DNA from: an uncultured Planctomycetales bacterium
Lineage (GTDB): Bacteria > Planctomycetota > MHYJ01 > JACPRB01
Reading direction: 5' to 3'
Length of the DNA: 64,000 nt
NCBI GenBank assembly: GCA_964526305.1
Contig: CAZGKV010000002.1
Span: forward strand, 9,599-73,598
Both the position numbers and the translations under genes were made by a program. The notes beneath the pieces were generated by a model. That model had not been told where the DNA came from. It saw only the letters and a list, made by a program, of their open reading frames with translations, and made no database searches. Positions 26,928 through 36,586 of this stretch are shown piece after piece. Position 1 is the first letter of the stretch. Each line of letters starts with the position of its first letter.

Positions 26928-27653
26928 ATGGACGCGGTACCGATGATCGAGGCCCAGGGCCTCTGCAAGTATTACGGCTCCTTTGCCGCACTTCGGGACG
27001 TCAGCTTCTCGGTTCCGCAGGGCCAGGTCGCCGCCTTCTTGGGGCCAAACGGGGCGGGGAAGTCCACCACGATGAAAATCCTGACGGGCTTTCTTGCACC
27101 CAGCTCCGGCACCGCCCGCATCGCGGGTTGCGACGTATCGACCCAACGACTCGCGGCCGCGAAGCACCTCGGATACCTGCCCGAGAACGGGCCTCTCTAC
27201 CTCGACATGACTCCCATCGCCTTGCTCCAGTTCTTTGGGAAGGCGCGCGGGATGGGCGGCGCGCTCCTGCAGCAGCGGATCGGAGAGCTCGCGGGACGAT
27301 GCGGCATCGAACCGGTTCTCTACAAGCCGATATTCAAACTCTCCAAAGGATACCGCCAACGCGTAGGAATGGCCCAAGTCCTCCTCCACGATCCGAGCGT
27401 CCTGATCATGGACGAACCGACGTCCGGCCTCGACCCCAATCAGATCCGAGACGTGCGCGCCACCATCCGAGAACTTGGCAAAACCAAGACGATTCTGCTT
27501 TCGACCCATATCCTTCAGGAGGTCCCCGCGATGGCGGACCGCGTGATCTTCATCCACGACGGCCGGATCGTCTTCGACGGGACGCCGAAGGAGATGTGCG
27601 CGGAGAGCGAATCCTTGGAAGTATTCTTCCACCAGAAAACGGGGGCCCTCTAG
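26928..27653 (+). CDS. ABC transporter ATP-binding protein (GldA-like)
   Basis: Walker A GPNGAGKST, signature LSKGYRQRV, Walker B LIMDEPTSGLD, H-loop. Start at ATG 26928 (the track's 26877 ATG lies just after the palindrome and is equally possible). Confidence 0.85.
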   Translation: MDAVPMIEAQGLCKYYGSFAALRDVSFSVPQGQVAAFLGPNGAGKSTTMKILTGFLAPSSGTARIAGCDVSTQRLAAAKHLGYLPENGPLYLDMTPIALLQFFGKARGMGGALLQQRIGELAGRCGIEPVLYKPIFKLSKGYRQRVGMAQVLLHDPSVLIMDEPTSGLDPNQIRDVRATIRELGKTKTILLSTHILQEVPAMADRVIFIHDGRIVFDGTPKEMCAESESLEVFFHQKTGAL

Positions 27654-27655
27654 CG

Positions 27656-30646
27656 ATGCGAGCGTTCGTCATCCGAGCCATCTTCTGGCGGAACTTCGTC
27701 GCCTATTTCTCCAAGCCCACCGGATACGTTTTCATCACCGTCTTCCTGTTCTTGGGCGCGCTCCTCGCCTTCTTCCGGGCCGAGTTCTTCAAAAACAACC
27801 TCGCGACCCTCGACACCCTGAGCGAATACTTTCCCTGGCTGCTCGTTCTATTCGTTCCCATGGTCACGATGAGCGCCTGGGCGGAGGAGCGACTTCACGG
27901 AACCGACGAACTCCTGCTGACCTTGCCCGTCCGCGATCTGGAAGTCGTCTTGGGAAAGTACCTGGCCTGTCTTGGCATCTATACGGTCGCTCTCGCTTTT
28001 TCCGTCAGCCACCTCTTCGTGCTGGCGTTCCTGGGACAACCCGATGCCGGATTGATGGTGTCGACCTATTTCTCCTATTGGCTCCTGGGAGCCGCGCTCC
28101 TTGCGGCCGGAATGGTGGGATCGTCCCTGACTTCCAGCCTCCCGATCGCTTTCATCCTGGGACTGATTCACTGCGCTGTCCTAGTGGGATTGGGATTCGG
28201 CGACCTAGTCCTTCCTCCAACCTGGGAAGGGATCGTCGCTCCGGTGGGCATCACCGCCTATTTCACGGAAGTCAATTCCGGCGTGCTCAGCCTCCGAGCC
28301 GTCCTCTACTTTTCCTCGCTCACCGGTGTGTTGCTCTACCTCAATCTCCTGTTGCTCTCGAGGCGCCGTTGGACAGGGGGAGGGTTCTCCTTCTCCCTTT
28401 TCATCGTCCTATGCCTCAGCGTGACGGTCGGATTCCTGGTGACGCGGAGTCCTCTCAAGAGCCCCTGGCCCTGGGTACCTCTCGCTGCCGCGCTCGGCGC
28501 CGCTCTGTGGCAGTTCATTCTGGGAGGATCCTGGGATCCGCGAGCCGGCCTGGCCGGCGCGCGGTGGGGACTGCTGGCGGCCGCTCTGGTGGGAGTGAAC
28601 GCTCTGGTCGGTCGCGCCCGGGCGGGAATGGACGCCACCGCCGAAAAACTCCACACGCTCTCGCCGGAAACGCGCGGCGTTCTCTCCAGGATCTCTCCCG
28701 ACGAGCCTGTCTACGTCCATGCCTATGTCAGCCCGGAGGTTCCGAAGGAGTGGGTCCAGCGTCGCGCGACCCTCATCGCCCTCCTGCGCGACTTCGAGGC
28801 TTTGGGAGGCGGTCAGGTCCAAGTCAAGGTGTACGAGACCGAGAAGTACACCCCGGTCGCGAGGGACGCGAAGGAGAAGTTCGGGATCGAGCCTCAAGCG
28901 GTGGGGAATCGCGACGAGGGAGAGAGCGCCAAGAAGGAAATCTATCTCGGGGTGGCCGTCGTCTCCGGCGCCCGCGAAACGGTCGTTCCGTTCCTGTACA
29001 AGGGACTCTCGGTCGAGTACGAACTGACTCGGTCGATTCGCGCGGTTTCGGGACAGGCAAGGCGTAAGATCGGAATCCTCTCCACCGACGCCCGGCTCTT
29101 CGGCGGCATCACCAACTTCCAGACGTTTCAGCAGGCTCCTGAATGGCAATTCGTCGCCGAATTGCGAAGACAGTATGAAGTCGTCCAAGTCATGCCGGGG
29201 GAAGCGGTCCCCGACACGATCGATGCCTTGGTTCTTCCGCTTCCCTCCTCGCTCACCGACCCTCAACTCACCCAAATCGAGACCTTCCTGAAAACCGATC
29301 CGCCCTCGTTGGTGCCGATCGCTCCGTGTCCCGACTTGGGAGCCAAGTGCAAAGAGGCGACCGACAAGCTGAAAAAGGAGGGACAGCGCTGGATCGTGGC
29401 GAAGGGCAAGATCGAGGGACTCTGCGCGAAGTGCGCCGAACGCTTCCATCAATTCGAGAGATACGAATGGCCCGTGTTGGTCTTGGAGGACCCGCTGCCT
29501 TGGTTCGATCCGTCGCTCGCTCCGTGGCAGCAGAAGCGCCCTCCCGGCGGAATGATGTTCGGAAACATGCAGCGGCCCGAGCCCAAGGGAGACGTCGGCC
29601 GACTCTTCCGGCAGCTCGGCGTCCAACTCGACACCCAGAACGTCGTTTGGCACACCTACAATCCCTACCCAGATCTTCGGATGCTCCCCTTCGAGTTCGT
29701 ATTCGTCGGAAGTTCCGATTCCGGGGGGGCGGCTCTGCTGCGCGGGATGGGCGGCGTCGCAGCCGCGACGGACGGTCTGGTCGCGCCCTCCGGCGAACCC
29801 TTCGCCGCGAAAGACCCGATCAGTTCGGGACTCCAGAGCATGGTGTTCCTCTATACGGGAATGGTGCGCCCGTTGTCGGCCACCGGCGGTCCGGTCTTCA
29901 CTCCGCTGGTCCGTACGTCCCGTCATTCCGGAATCCGCATCGCATCGCGCATTCGCTCGCGCGAAGACGGAGAGGAGGCCCGGGGAAAGCCCACCAACGT
30001 GGAATACACTCTGGCCGCCCGCGTTAAGGGAAAGGGCGTGAATGCGGTCGTCATCGCCGATCTCGATTTGATCGGAGACGTGTTCTTCAACCTCCGGCGA
30101 GACAAATGGGAGAACAAAGAGTTCGACAACATCACGTTCGTCCTGAATTGCGTGGACGCCCTCTTGGGGGACGAGTCGACGATCGGCTTGCGCAAACGGC
30201 GTCCCAAGCATCGCGTGCTCGAGCTCATCGAGACCGAGATTCTCGCCCACGATCAGATCGCCCTTTTCCAGGAGGAGAAGGCGGAAGAAAACGCCCGCAC
30301 TCGTCTCCGAGAAGCGCAGGATCATCTGGATGCCGAGGTTCGCAAAGTCGAACAGCGTCCCAACCTCGACGACAAAGAGAAAGAGCGCCTCAAGTCCGCC
30401 AAACAGGAAGAGGAGCAGCGCAAATTCAACCGTACCAAGCGAGAAATCGAGGATGAGAAAGAAGCGGCCATCGAGGCGAGCAAGACGAGCAAGGATCGCG
30501 AAATCAAACGGATCCAGCGGACGATCCGTACCCTTGCTGTGGTGCTGCCGCCCTTGCCGGCTCTTCTCATCGGAGTCATCGTCTTCTTCTTCCGGTTCGG
30601 TCGGGAGCGTCAGGCGATCCCGAAGGAACGGTGGGTAAAACCGTGA
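27656..30646 (+). CDS. ABC-2 type permease fused to GldG-like periplasmic domain (GldF/GldG-like), C-terminal coiled coil and TM anchor
   Basis: ATG 27656 lies 3 nt after the ATPase stop (the track's 27128 extension is out of context). N-terminal 6-TM ABC-2 domain. Long extracytoplasmic GldG-like region. Charged coiled coil (EEKAEENARTRLREAQDHLDAEVRK...). Terminal TM LPALLIGVIVFFF. Confidence 0.8.
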   Translation: MRAFVIRAIFWRNFVAYFSKPTGYVFITVFLFLGALLAFFRAEFFKNNLATLDTLSEYFPWLLVLFVPMVTMSAWAEERLHGTDELLLTLPVRDLEVVLGKYLACLGIYTVALAFSVSHLFVLAFLGQPDAGLMVSTYFSYWLLGAALLAAGMVGSSLTSSLPIAFILGLIHCAVLVGLGFGDLVLPPTWEGIVAPVGITAYFTEVNSGVLSLRAVLYFSSLTGVLLYLNLLLLSRRRWTGGGFSFSLFIVLCLSVTVGFLVTRSPLKSPWPWVPLAAALGAALWQFILGGSWDPRAGLAGARWGLLAAALVGVNALVGRARAGMDATAEKLHTLSPETRGVLSRISPDEPVYVHAYVSPEVPKEWVQRRATLIALLRDFEALGGGQVQVKVYETEKYTPVARDAKEKFGIEPQAVGNRDEGESAKKEIYLGVAVVSGARETVVPFLYKGLSVEYELTRSIRAVSGQARRKIGILSTDARLFGGITNFQTFQQAPEWQFVAELRRQYEVVQVMPGEAVPDTIDALVLPLPSSLTDPQLTQIETFLKTDPPSLVPIAPCPDLGAKCKEATDKLKKEGQRWIVAKGKIEGLCAKCAERFHQFERYEWPVLVLEDPLPWFDPSLAPWQQKRPPGGMMFGNMQRPEPKGDVGRLFRQLGVQLDTQNVVWHTYNPYPDLRMLPFEFVFVGSSDSGGAALLRGMGGVAAATDGLVAPSGEPFAAKDPISSGLQSMVFLYTGMVRPLSATGGPVFTPLVRTSRHSGIRIASRIRSREDGEEARGKPTNVEYTLAARVKGKGVNAVVIADLDLIGDVFFNLRRDKWENKEFDNITFVLNCVDALLGDESTIGLRKRRPKHRVLELIETEILAHDQIALFQEEKAEENARTRLREAQDHLDAEVRKVEQRPNLDDKEKERLKSAKQEEEQRKFNRTKREIEDEKEAAIEASKTSKDREIKRIQRTIRTLAVVLPPLPALLIGVIVFFFRFGRERQAIPKERWVKP

Positions 30647-32202
30647 ACGAGTGGGTCAAGACCGGAATCTTCGGAGGAGTCGCCGCGATCGCCGTCCTGG
30701 CCGCGGTCTTCACGCAACCTCGGCGAAAGGACCCCGAGATCTTCAAGGAGGAGGGAAAACCCTTCTTCCCGAACCTGACCGATTCGCTCCAGGTCGCGTC
30801 GATGGAGGTGGTGGAGTACGACGAACTCCGTAGCCGTCCGCGGCCCTTCAAGGTCGAGGTGAAGAACGGGGCCTGGGTGCTCCCGACGCATCACGACCAT
30901 CCGGCGGACGCCGCGGAGCGGTTGAAGAAGACGGTCGCGCAAGTGGTGGACCTGCAGCGGGACTCTCTCCGGAGCGATCGGGCGAGCGATCACGAGAGCC
31001 TGGGCGTCGTCGATCCGCTGGACGATCAGGCGAAGGCGACTCGCGGACGAGGAAAGCGCATCACGCTTCGGGATCCCGAAGGCAGCGTGCTCGCCGATTT
31101 CATTCTCGGCAACGACGTCCCCGGCGGCCGCGAAATGAAGTACGTCCGCCTGCCCGGCCAAAAGTGGGTCTACGGAGTGAAGACGAAGGCGGAGTTCTCG
31201 GCGAAATTCTCCGATTGGATCGAGACGGACTTCCTGAAGGTGGACACCTACGACATCCGCCGCTTGCGCTTCGACTACTACCGAATCGAGGAGCGCATGG
31301 TCGATGCCGTGATGCGCACCGAGACGGGAGAGCAGGTGATCGTGAAGCTCCCGGTCCCGCGCCTTCATCGCGCCGACACCTTCCTCGTGGAAAAGGGAGA
31401 AGACTACCGCTGGAAAATCGACGGCAAGGAAGCCGAGGACGCCAAGGTCACCGAAGTCACCGGCGCTCTGGACAAGCTGTCGATCGTGAGCGTGCGCCCG
31501 AAGCCCGCCGGGATCGCCGCGGATCTGACGTTGGGTCGCGACGTGGTCGTGAGCGGAGAGGCGATCTCGTCGCTCTTGGGGAAGGGATACTTCCTTCGCG
31601 TTCCGAACGGCACGAGCATCGTTTCCATGGAGGCGCTTCAGCTGCTCTACGCCAAGGGAGCCTCGAAGATCTCGGTCGGTCAACTGGTCAAGGACCTCAA
31701 GAAGTACGAGGTCATCGAGAAGAACGAAGGGGAGGACCTGACGCTCGAGGTGGCCTCGAAAGCGGGCCAGATCGATCTCATCACCGAGAAGGGAGTCGTC
31801 TACACCCTGCGGTTCGGCGACATCGCTACCGGCATCGAAGAGGCGGGAGGAGAGAAGCCTGCGGGCGAGCACCGATGGATTCTGGTTACGGTCAAGTTCG
31901 ATCCTCAGTGGATTCCGGCTCCGAAGCCGGATCCCCGTCCCGAACCGACGGACGGCGATCCGCTCCTGGACTGGGACTCGCAGCGGTCGGCCTTCGAAAA
32001 GCGACAGAAGGAAGACGAGGAGTGGGAGAAAAAGTCCCAGGAGACGATGAAGCGGCGCAAGGAGGAGTGGGACCAGAAGGTGAAGGACGGCGAGAAGGCG
32101 GCGAAGGAGCTGAATCGCCGCTTCGCGAATTGGTATTACGTCATTTCCGGCGAGAATTTCGACAAGCTGCAGGCCTCGCGCGAGAAGCTCCAGAAGAAGT
32201 AG
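30631..32202 (+). CDS. DUF4340-like protein associated with GldG-type ABC systems; N-terminal TM anchor, C-terminal charged coiled coil
   Basis: 16-nt overlap with the previous gene. N-terminal TM GIFGGVAAIAVLAAVF. Family assignment by gene context and memory of the DUF4340 pattern. Lys/Glu-rich tail. Confidence 0.6.
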   Translation: MGKTVNEWVKTGIFGGVAAIAVLAAVFTQPRRKDPEIFKEEGKPFFPNLTDSLQVASMEVVEYDELRSRPRPFKVEVKNGAWVLPTHHDHPADAAERLKKTVAQVVDLQRDSLRSDRASDHESLGVVDPLDDQAKATRGRGKRITLRDPEGSVLADFILGNDVPGGREMKYVRLPGQKWVYGVKTKAEFSAKFSDWIETDFLKVDTYDIRRLRFDYYRIEERMVDAVMRTETGEQVIVKLPVPRLHRADTFLVEKGEDYRWKIDGKEAEDAKVTEVTGALDKLSIVSVRPKPAGIAADLTLGRDVVVSGEAISSLLGKGYFLRVPNGTSIVSMEALQLLYAKGASKISVGQLVKDLKKYEVIEKNEGEDLTLEVASKAGQIDLITEKGVVYTLRFGDIATGIEEAGGEKPAGEHRWILVTVKFDPQWIPAPKPDPRPEPTDGDPLLDWDSQRSAFEKRQKEDEEWEKKSQETMKRRKEEWDQKVKDGEKAAKELNRRFANWYYVISGENFDKLQASREKLQKK

Positions 32203-32206
32203 CCCG

Positions 32207-32635
32207 CTATCGGCTCCCCAGGGTCGCTTCGAGCGTGAGTTCTACGCCGTCCCGACTGACCGAGATCCATATCCTGCTTCCGGGTTGAAGCCTGCCGATG
32301 TGTCCCCGGATCCCTCGCTCGTTCATACCCCCGATTCCGTCGAAACGGATAATCACATCCCCCTCCCGAAGTCCGGCCTGACTTGCTGCGGAGTCGGATT
32401 GAACGGAGCCGATTCGGGCTCCGTGACCGTCCTCCTCGAGCGTCACGCCGAGGTAGGCCCGCGGAGGCTCTTCCGAATTCCCGTCGGTCTCGTACTTCGA
32501 GCGCTGAGAGGAGTCCAGCCGCGAGAGGAGCGCTTGTTCGAGAAACTGGAATTGCTCGTCGCTGAGTCCCAGGGTGGAGCGAAGCGACCCGAGGAGATCT
32601 TTCGGGGAGTCGACAAGTCTCTGGTTGTCCATCAT
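32207..32635 (-). CDS. PDZ domain protein
   Basis: C-terminal half LGVTLEEDGHGARIGSVQSDSAASQAGLREGDVIIRFDG is a canonical PDZ GLGF-type region. Confidence 0.6.
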   Translation of the reverse strand: MMDNQRLVDSPKDLLGSLRSTLGLSDEQFQFLEQALLSRLDSSQRSKYETDGNSEEPPRAYLGVTLEEDGHGARIGSVQSDSAASQAGLREGDVIIRFDGIGGMNERGIRGHIGRLQPGSRIWISVSRDGVELTLEATLGSR

Positions 32636-32650
32636 GAGCTCGCGCCGGGT

Positions 32651-32902
32651 CTACTCGGTGGCGGTCAGGACTTCCGCGTCCTCGCTCTCAGGCTGATGGG
32701 CCGGCGGCGTCGAATCTGTTTTGGGCTCGGGGGTGATTGCAGGAGACGCCGCCAGGACGGTGACCGTTCCCTCCGGGGCAATCGGGTACGGTGTCCTGCG
32801 GACAAGGATAGTGAGAGCCTCCTCGCGGCTGAGGCGGGCGAGCAAGAAGACGTTCGCGAGAATCGAAAAGGCCGCCAAGATTCGCCAATTCCATGAGCGC
32901 AT
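32651..32902 (-). CDS. small membrane protein, hypothetical
   Basis: Internal ATG at 32902 of the long Arg-rich track ORF 32651..33910 gives MRSWNWRILAAFSILANVFLLARL... (one TM). The upstream part of that track ORF looks non-coding. Confidence 0.25.
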   Translation of the reverse strand: MRSWNWRILAAFSILANVFLLARLSREEALTILVRRTPYPIAPEGTVTVLAASPAITPEPKTDSTPPAHQPESEDAEVLTATE

Positions 32903-32974
32903 GAGGCCCTCCTGGGAGGAATGGTATCCCAGGAAGGTGTTCGATCGACGGAATTCTGATATACACTTGTCTGG

Positions 32975-33712
32975 ATGCCGACCCTCATCCTCCCGCCGAT
33001 GTACAACGAGGACAATGTCCGATTGGCGCAGGCGGCGGCACGGGCGGGTTGGGACCTCCAGCGGTTGGAGTCGTGGGAGGTGCCCGAGGGGAAGAAGTGG
33101 CCGGACCCTGTGCTCTATGGGGAAACCGGATTCGCCGAGACGGTCGCGCCCAAGATGGGAATCCGCCTTCTCGAGCCGCATCCGACGGTGCTGGCGCGGA
33201 TGCCGCGGCGATTCGTCCGGCGCGTGGTCGAACTCGCGCCTCTGGGCGAGGCCCGAAAGAAGAAAGGGCGCTGGCTCATCAAGCCGGCGACCCCCAAGAG
33301 GATCTTCGTGAAGAAGATCTACTACGACGGACAGGGCCTGCCGGATCCTCGGGCGCTTCCGGATGCAACCCCGGTACTGATGAGCGAAGTCGTGCCCTAC
33401 GATCGCGAGCATCGCTTTTTCGTCGCGGACGGGTCCCTGGCGACGTTTTCCCCGTATCGTCGAGGCACGGCTCTGGCGAAGGAGGACGACCGCTGGCTCT
33501 TCGACGATTCGATCGACCGCGGCGCCCAGGAATTCGCGCGGGAACTTCTCCTCGAGTGCGTCGGCTTCGTTCCGGCGGCGGCCGTGGTGGACGCCGGTTT
33601 TCGCGACGGCGCCTGGGAGGTCAGCGAGATCCTCTGTCCGGCCGAGGCTCCGCTCCTCGGATGCTCGGAAGACAAAGCCCTCCCGGTGGTGGGGCGGGCG
33701 AGCCAATCCTAG
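32975..33712 (+). CDS. ATP-grasp domain protein (short, R2K/DUF4343-like)
   Basis: WLIKPATPKRIFVKKIYY (ATP-grasp Lys region) and AAVVDAGFRDGAWEVSEI (C-terminal Mg/ATP-binding E/D region). 245 aa without a pre-ATP-grasp domain. Classification from motifs, not computed. Confidence 0.5.
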   Translation: MPTLILPPMYNEDNVRLAQAAARAGWDLQRLESWEVPEGKKWPDPVLYGETGFAETVAPKMGIRLLEPHPTVLARMPRRFVRRVVELAPLGEARKKKGRWLIKPATPKRIFVKKIYYDGQGLPDPRALPDATPVLMSEVVPYDREHRFFVADGSLATFSPYRRGTALAKEDDRWLFDDSIDRGAQEFARELLLECVGFVPAAAVVDAGFRDGAWEVSEILCPAEAPLLGCSEDKALPVVGRASQS

Positions 33713-34213
33713 TGTCGCGGGTGACACCCTCCCCTCTGGATTCCCGCAACCGGACCTCGCGTAAGCTACATCGGCTCCGGGTCCGAGGGTGCACTCCGCT
33801 GGGGCGTTCGTAGGCCCCGCTCGGTGATGATCCCGTGGACGAGATGGCCGGGAACGGGTTCGAAACCGCGCAAGCCTTACCCGTTTCCATTTCGATGCTA
33901 CGGTGAACACCGCCGAGCGCGTGGAGGACGGCCTCGAGGGTACCGCTCGATCCGAACGATAGGATCATGCCGCGATCAGGAAGGATCCGACAAGCCTGTC
34001 GAACAACGCTTCTCGAGCTCTGACGAAGCCGTTTTCGGGCGTGGGGAACGCCGCGCCGGAGGGCGAGGCGCACGACGGCATCGCGCGCAGTCCGATCAAT
34101 CGCGGCACGACGGACCGCGAAAACGCGAGGGCGTCCAGCGCTCGTTCCGCCAGGGCGGTGGCTCCCCGCCGGCGGTCTCGCGCGATCTCACGAACGATTC
34201 TCTCGGCGCTCAT
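33712..34213 (-). pseudogene. possible frameshifted/truncated remnant of an eIF-2B-family (MtnA-like) isomerase gene
   Basis: Minus-strand frame A (33965-34213) encodes IVREIARDRRRGATALAERALDALA (RGAxAIxxAA-like N-terminal motif). Frame B (33621-34073) encodes ILSFGSSGTLEAVLHAL (ILTHCNSG-like motif). They are in the right order but in different frames, and only about 500 bp are available versus about 1 kb for an intact gene. Confidence 0.3.
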
Positions 34214-34736
34214 TCCAGTGCCGGCGAAGGAGGCAGACGCGCACCATGTCGTGGAACTCCTCGCGGTGGTAATACTCCTCGAGGAGCACCCCTTCTTGCA
34301 CGAATCCGAGCTTTTCGGTGATGTGCCGCATCCGGAGATTTGTCGTGTAGAAGATCGCCCAGATCTTGTTCAAGCCCAACTGCTCGAAGGCGAGCGGGAC
34401 GAGCTGCTCGATCGCTCGCGAGGCGTGACCGCGTCCCCATTCGCTTCGCTTGCCGATCACGATGCCGAGACGCCCGTTTCGGGCCGGCCAATAAATCTGG
34501 TGAATCCCGATTTGCCCGATGTAGCCACCGCCTTCGTCCTCGATCGAAAAGACACGGTCGGTGGGCGAGGCGAAATGCCGCAGCAAGAACTCGCGCTCCT
34601 CTTCTCGCGAGATCTTTCCGTCGAATCGCGCGAGGTTCTTGGTCACGTCGGGATCGTTCACCCAGGACATCACGTCGTCGAGAAGCCCGTCGACGTCCGA
34701 GGCCGTCAGAGGGCCGCGGAGGCGGGTGGCGCTCAT
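34188..34736 (-). CDS. GNAT family N-acetyltransferase (RimJ/RimL-like)
   Basis: Internal ATG 34736 of track ORF 34188..35546 gives MSATRLRGPLTASDVDGLL... with acetyl-CoA motif IGIVIGKRSEWGRGHASRAIEQLV and LGLNKIWAIFYTTN. Confidence 0.8.
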   Translation of the reverse strand: MSATRLRGPLTASDVDGLLDDVMSWVNDPDVTKNLARFDGKISREEEREFLLRHFASPTDRVFSIEDEGGGYIGQIGIHQIYWPARNGRLGIVIGKRSEWGRGHASRAIEQLVPLAFEQLGLNKIWAIFYTTNLRMRHITEKLGFVQEGVLLEEYYHREEFHDMVRVCLLRRHWNERRENRS

Positions 34737-34862
34737 CGTGAGGCGAGTATACGGATTCGGGCTCGGCGTTCGCTCTTTTTTCCGGGGGGAACCCTCGCGA
34801 AAGGGAGAGGTATTTCTAGAGGAATCGGCTTTCCGTGTGCACAGGAGAGCAAGGAGATCCAC

Positions 34863-35366
34863 ATGATCGCTCAATCGTTCTGGGTGACGTATCCGGTCCG
34901 TCGGGTCCAGCAGACGACGGCGACGGGTTGTTGGGCCGCCGCGGCCGCGATGGTCTTGGGTCGCAACCGACCGGTGTCCGCTCCCCGAGGTGTCCTCGTC
35001 CCGGATTCGATCGGGATCGATTACGCGGCCTGGAATATTTCCCGATTCGCACAGGCCTACGGTTTCGTGGCGCATCATCCTCAAACCTGGACGGTAGAGG
35101 GCTTGTACGAACTCCTGTGCCTGCATGGCCCGCTGTGGGTGGGGGGATGGTTCGGCACGGCGGGGCACGTGAGCGTTCTGGCCGGGATGTGGGGAGACGG
35201 GGGAAACGAAGATACCACCCTCCTTATCATCGACTCCCAGAAGACGCTGCCGCAGCCGATCGAGGTGACCTACCGGGAGGCGATTTCGAAGTTCCCCGAG
35301 TTCTCGGAGTGGATCCTCCATGCTCGGACTTCCAGCTATGAACGGAATCCCGTAGGACTGAGGTGA
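34863..35366 (+). CDS. papain-like (C39/BtrH-like) cysteine peptidase/acyltransferase fold protein
   Basis: SD AGGAGA 7 nt upstream of ATG 34863. Q-x5-C arrangement QQTTATGCWAAAAAMVL (oxyanion Gln + catalytic Cys). Downstream His in TAGHVSVLAG. Fold call is inference. Confidence 0.5.
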   Translation: MIAQSFWVTYPVRRVQQTTATGCWAAAAAMVLGRNRPVSAPRGVLVPDSIGIDYAAWNISRFAQAYGFVAHHPQTWTVEGLYELLCLHGPLWVGGWFGTAGHVSVLAGMWGDGGNEDTTLLIIDSQKTLPQPIEVTYREAISKFPEFSEWILHARTSSYERNPVGLR

Positions 35367-35403
35367 GAATTCCGCTCCGGCGTAGAAGGCACGCGCGGTA
35401 CGA

Positions 35404-36513
35404 CTATTTGCGTCCGGTGCCGGGGAGAAGCTGGGCTTGCGGGAAGTAGTGCGCGAGAATGCGGTCGAACTTCCATCCCTTCCGGGCCATCTCGATCGTC
35501 CCGGTTTGGCACAGGCCGACGCCATGACCGTAGCCGGCGCCGGCAAACGTGACGACGTCGCCGGCTTGGGAGACGGCGTAGAGGGACGTGGGAAGCGATA
35601 GCGCCTGGTCGACCTCCTTCGCCGAGAGTTGGGCGCGTCCTCCGGCGAGCTCGAGCGTGAGCGCCGATGGTCGCCCGCTCGAGGTCGCCTCCTTGACCAG
35701 GAGGCGCACCACCGGCTTGCCCGCGGTCTTCGACTTGAACTTGGTCCCCAGATCGGCGAGGGAAAACTTTCTCGACCATTCGTGCGATCCCGCGCACCAT
35801 CCGCACTTCACTCCGGCGAGAGGGGGAATCTCCGCGGCGCCCGTCCATTCGCGAACGCCCATCGTATGGCCGCCGCACGCGCTCGAGAAATAGGTCCGAA
35901 CGATCCGACTGCGGTAGAAGATCATGAGCCCGGAGGTCTCGCGGACGGCCCTCTCGACGTTGGAGTTCTTCGCCGGAACCCCGACGTACACTTGACTGCG
36001 CGTGTCGTCGTAGACGTCCCACGCCGGACGGGCGATTCCCGGCGACGGGAAACCGTCCACGCTCGCCGCCGCGTACCCGCGGGCCGCCACCGACTGCGCC
36101 TTGATCGCCTCGATCGGCGAGCCGCTTCCGATCTCGGCTCCTACCACCCCGAGGAGGTAGGTCTCGAGATCCACCTCGTTCACGACCTTCAGCGTCGCGC
36201 CGCCGCGGTGGACATGAAGGCGTCCCCGATAGTGGCGAGCTCCCAATTTCAAAGGCTCCTGTCGCGACTCCAGCGTGATCCGATTCTCCGCGAAGGTCCG
36301 CTCGAGAATCCGGAGTCTTCCCTCGACTAGGTCGATCCGGGTCGCGGACAATCGCGCCATCTGGAGGAGGGGGCGTGGTTGGGGGGGAATCCAGAGGTCC
36401 ACCGGCCCCGCGCACTCCACGTTCAGGGAGGACACTCCCTCCTGAAGGAGGACGCGAATGGTGGGACCCTCTCCGCTCTGAGCGAGAATCGCCGACAGCA
36501 GGACGAGAATCAT
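35404..36513 (-). CDS. SpoIID/LytB domain protein (secreted)
   Basis: Start at ATG 36513 (MILVLLSAILAQSGEG signal peptide) rather than the track's 36774. SpoIID region YFSSACGGHTMGVREW and C-terminal GYGHGVGLCQTG. Confidence 0.8.
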   Translation of the reverse strand: MILVLLSAILAQSGEGPTIRVLLQEGVSSLNVECAGPVDLWIPPQPRPLLQMARLSATRIDLVEGRLRILERTFAENRITLESRQEPLKLGARHYRGRLHVHRGGATLKVVNEVDLETYLLGVVGAEIGSGSPIEAIKAQSVAARGYAAASVDGFPSPGIARPAWDVYDDTRSQVYVGVPAKNSNVERAVRETSGLMIFYRSRIVRTYFSSACGGHTMGVREWTGAAEIPPLAGVKCGWCAGSHEWSRKFSLADLGTKFKSKTAGKPVVRLLVKEATSSGRPSALTLELAGGRAQLSAKEVDQALSLPTSLYAVSQAGDVVTFAGAGYGHGVGLCQTGTIEMARKGWKFDRILAHYFPQAQLLPGTGRK

Positions 36514-36586
36514 CGCATCACCCAACGCTCGAGGGGGCGGAATCGTACATTGACTGGTTTCGGACGTCAAGGTAGGATTCCCGCCC

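Noticed and set aside
27128-27655. Upstream extension of the permease ORF (track start 27128)
   Set aside because: The extension reads through the ABC ATPase gene in another frame. The conserved N-terminus begins at ATG 27656 right after the ATPase stop.
28409-30325. 638-aa minus ORF and 28078-29067 plus ORF inside the permease gene
   Set aside because: Antisense or off-frame Arg/Gly-rich artefacts.
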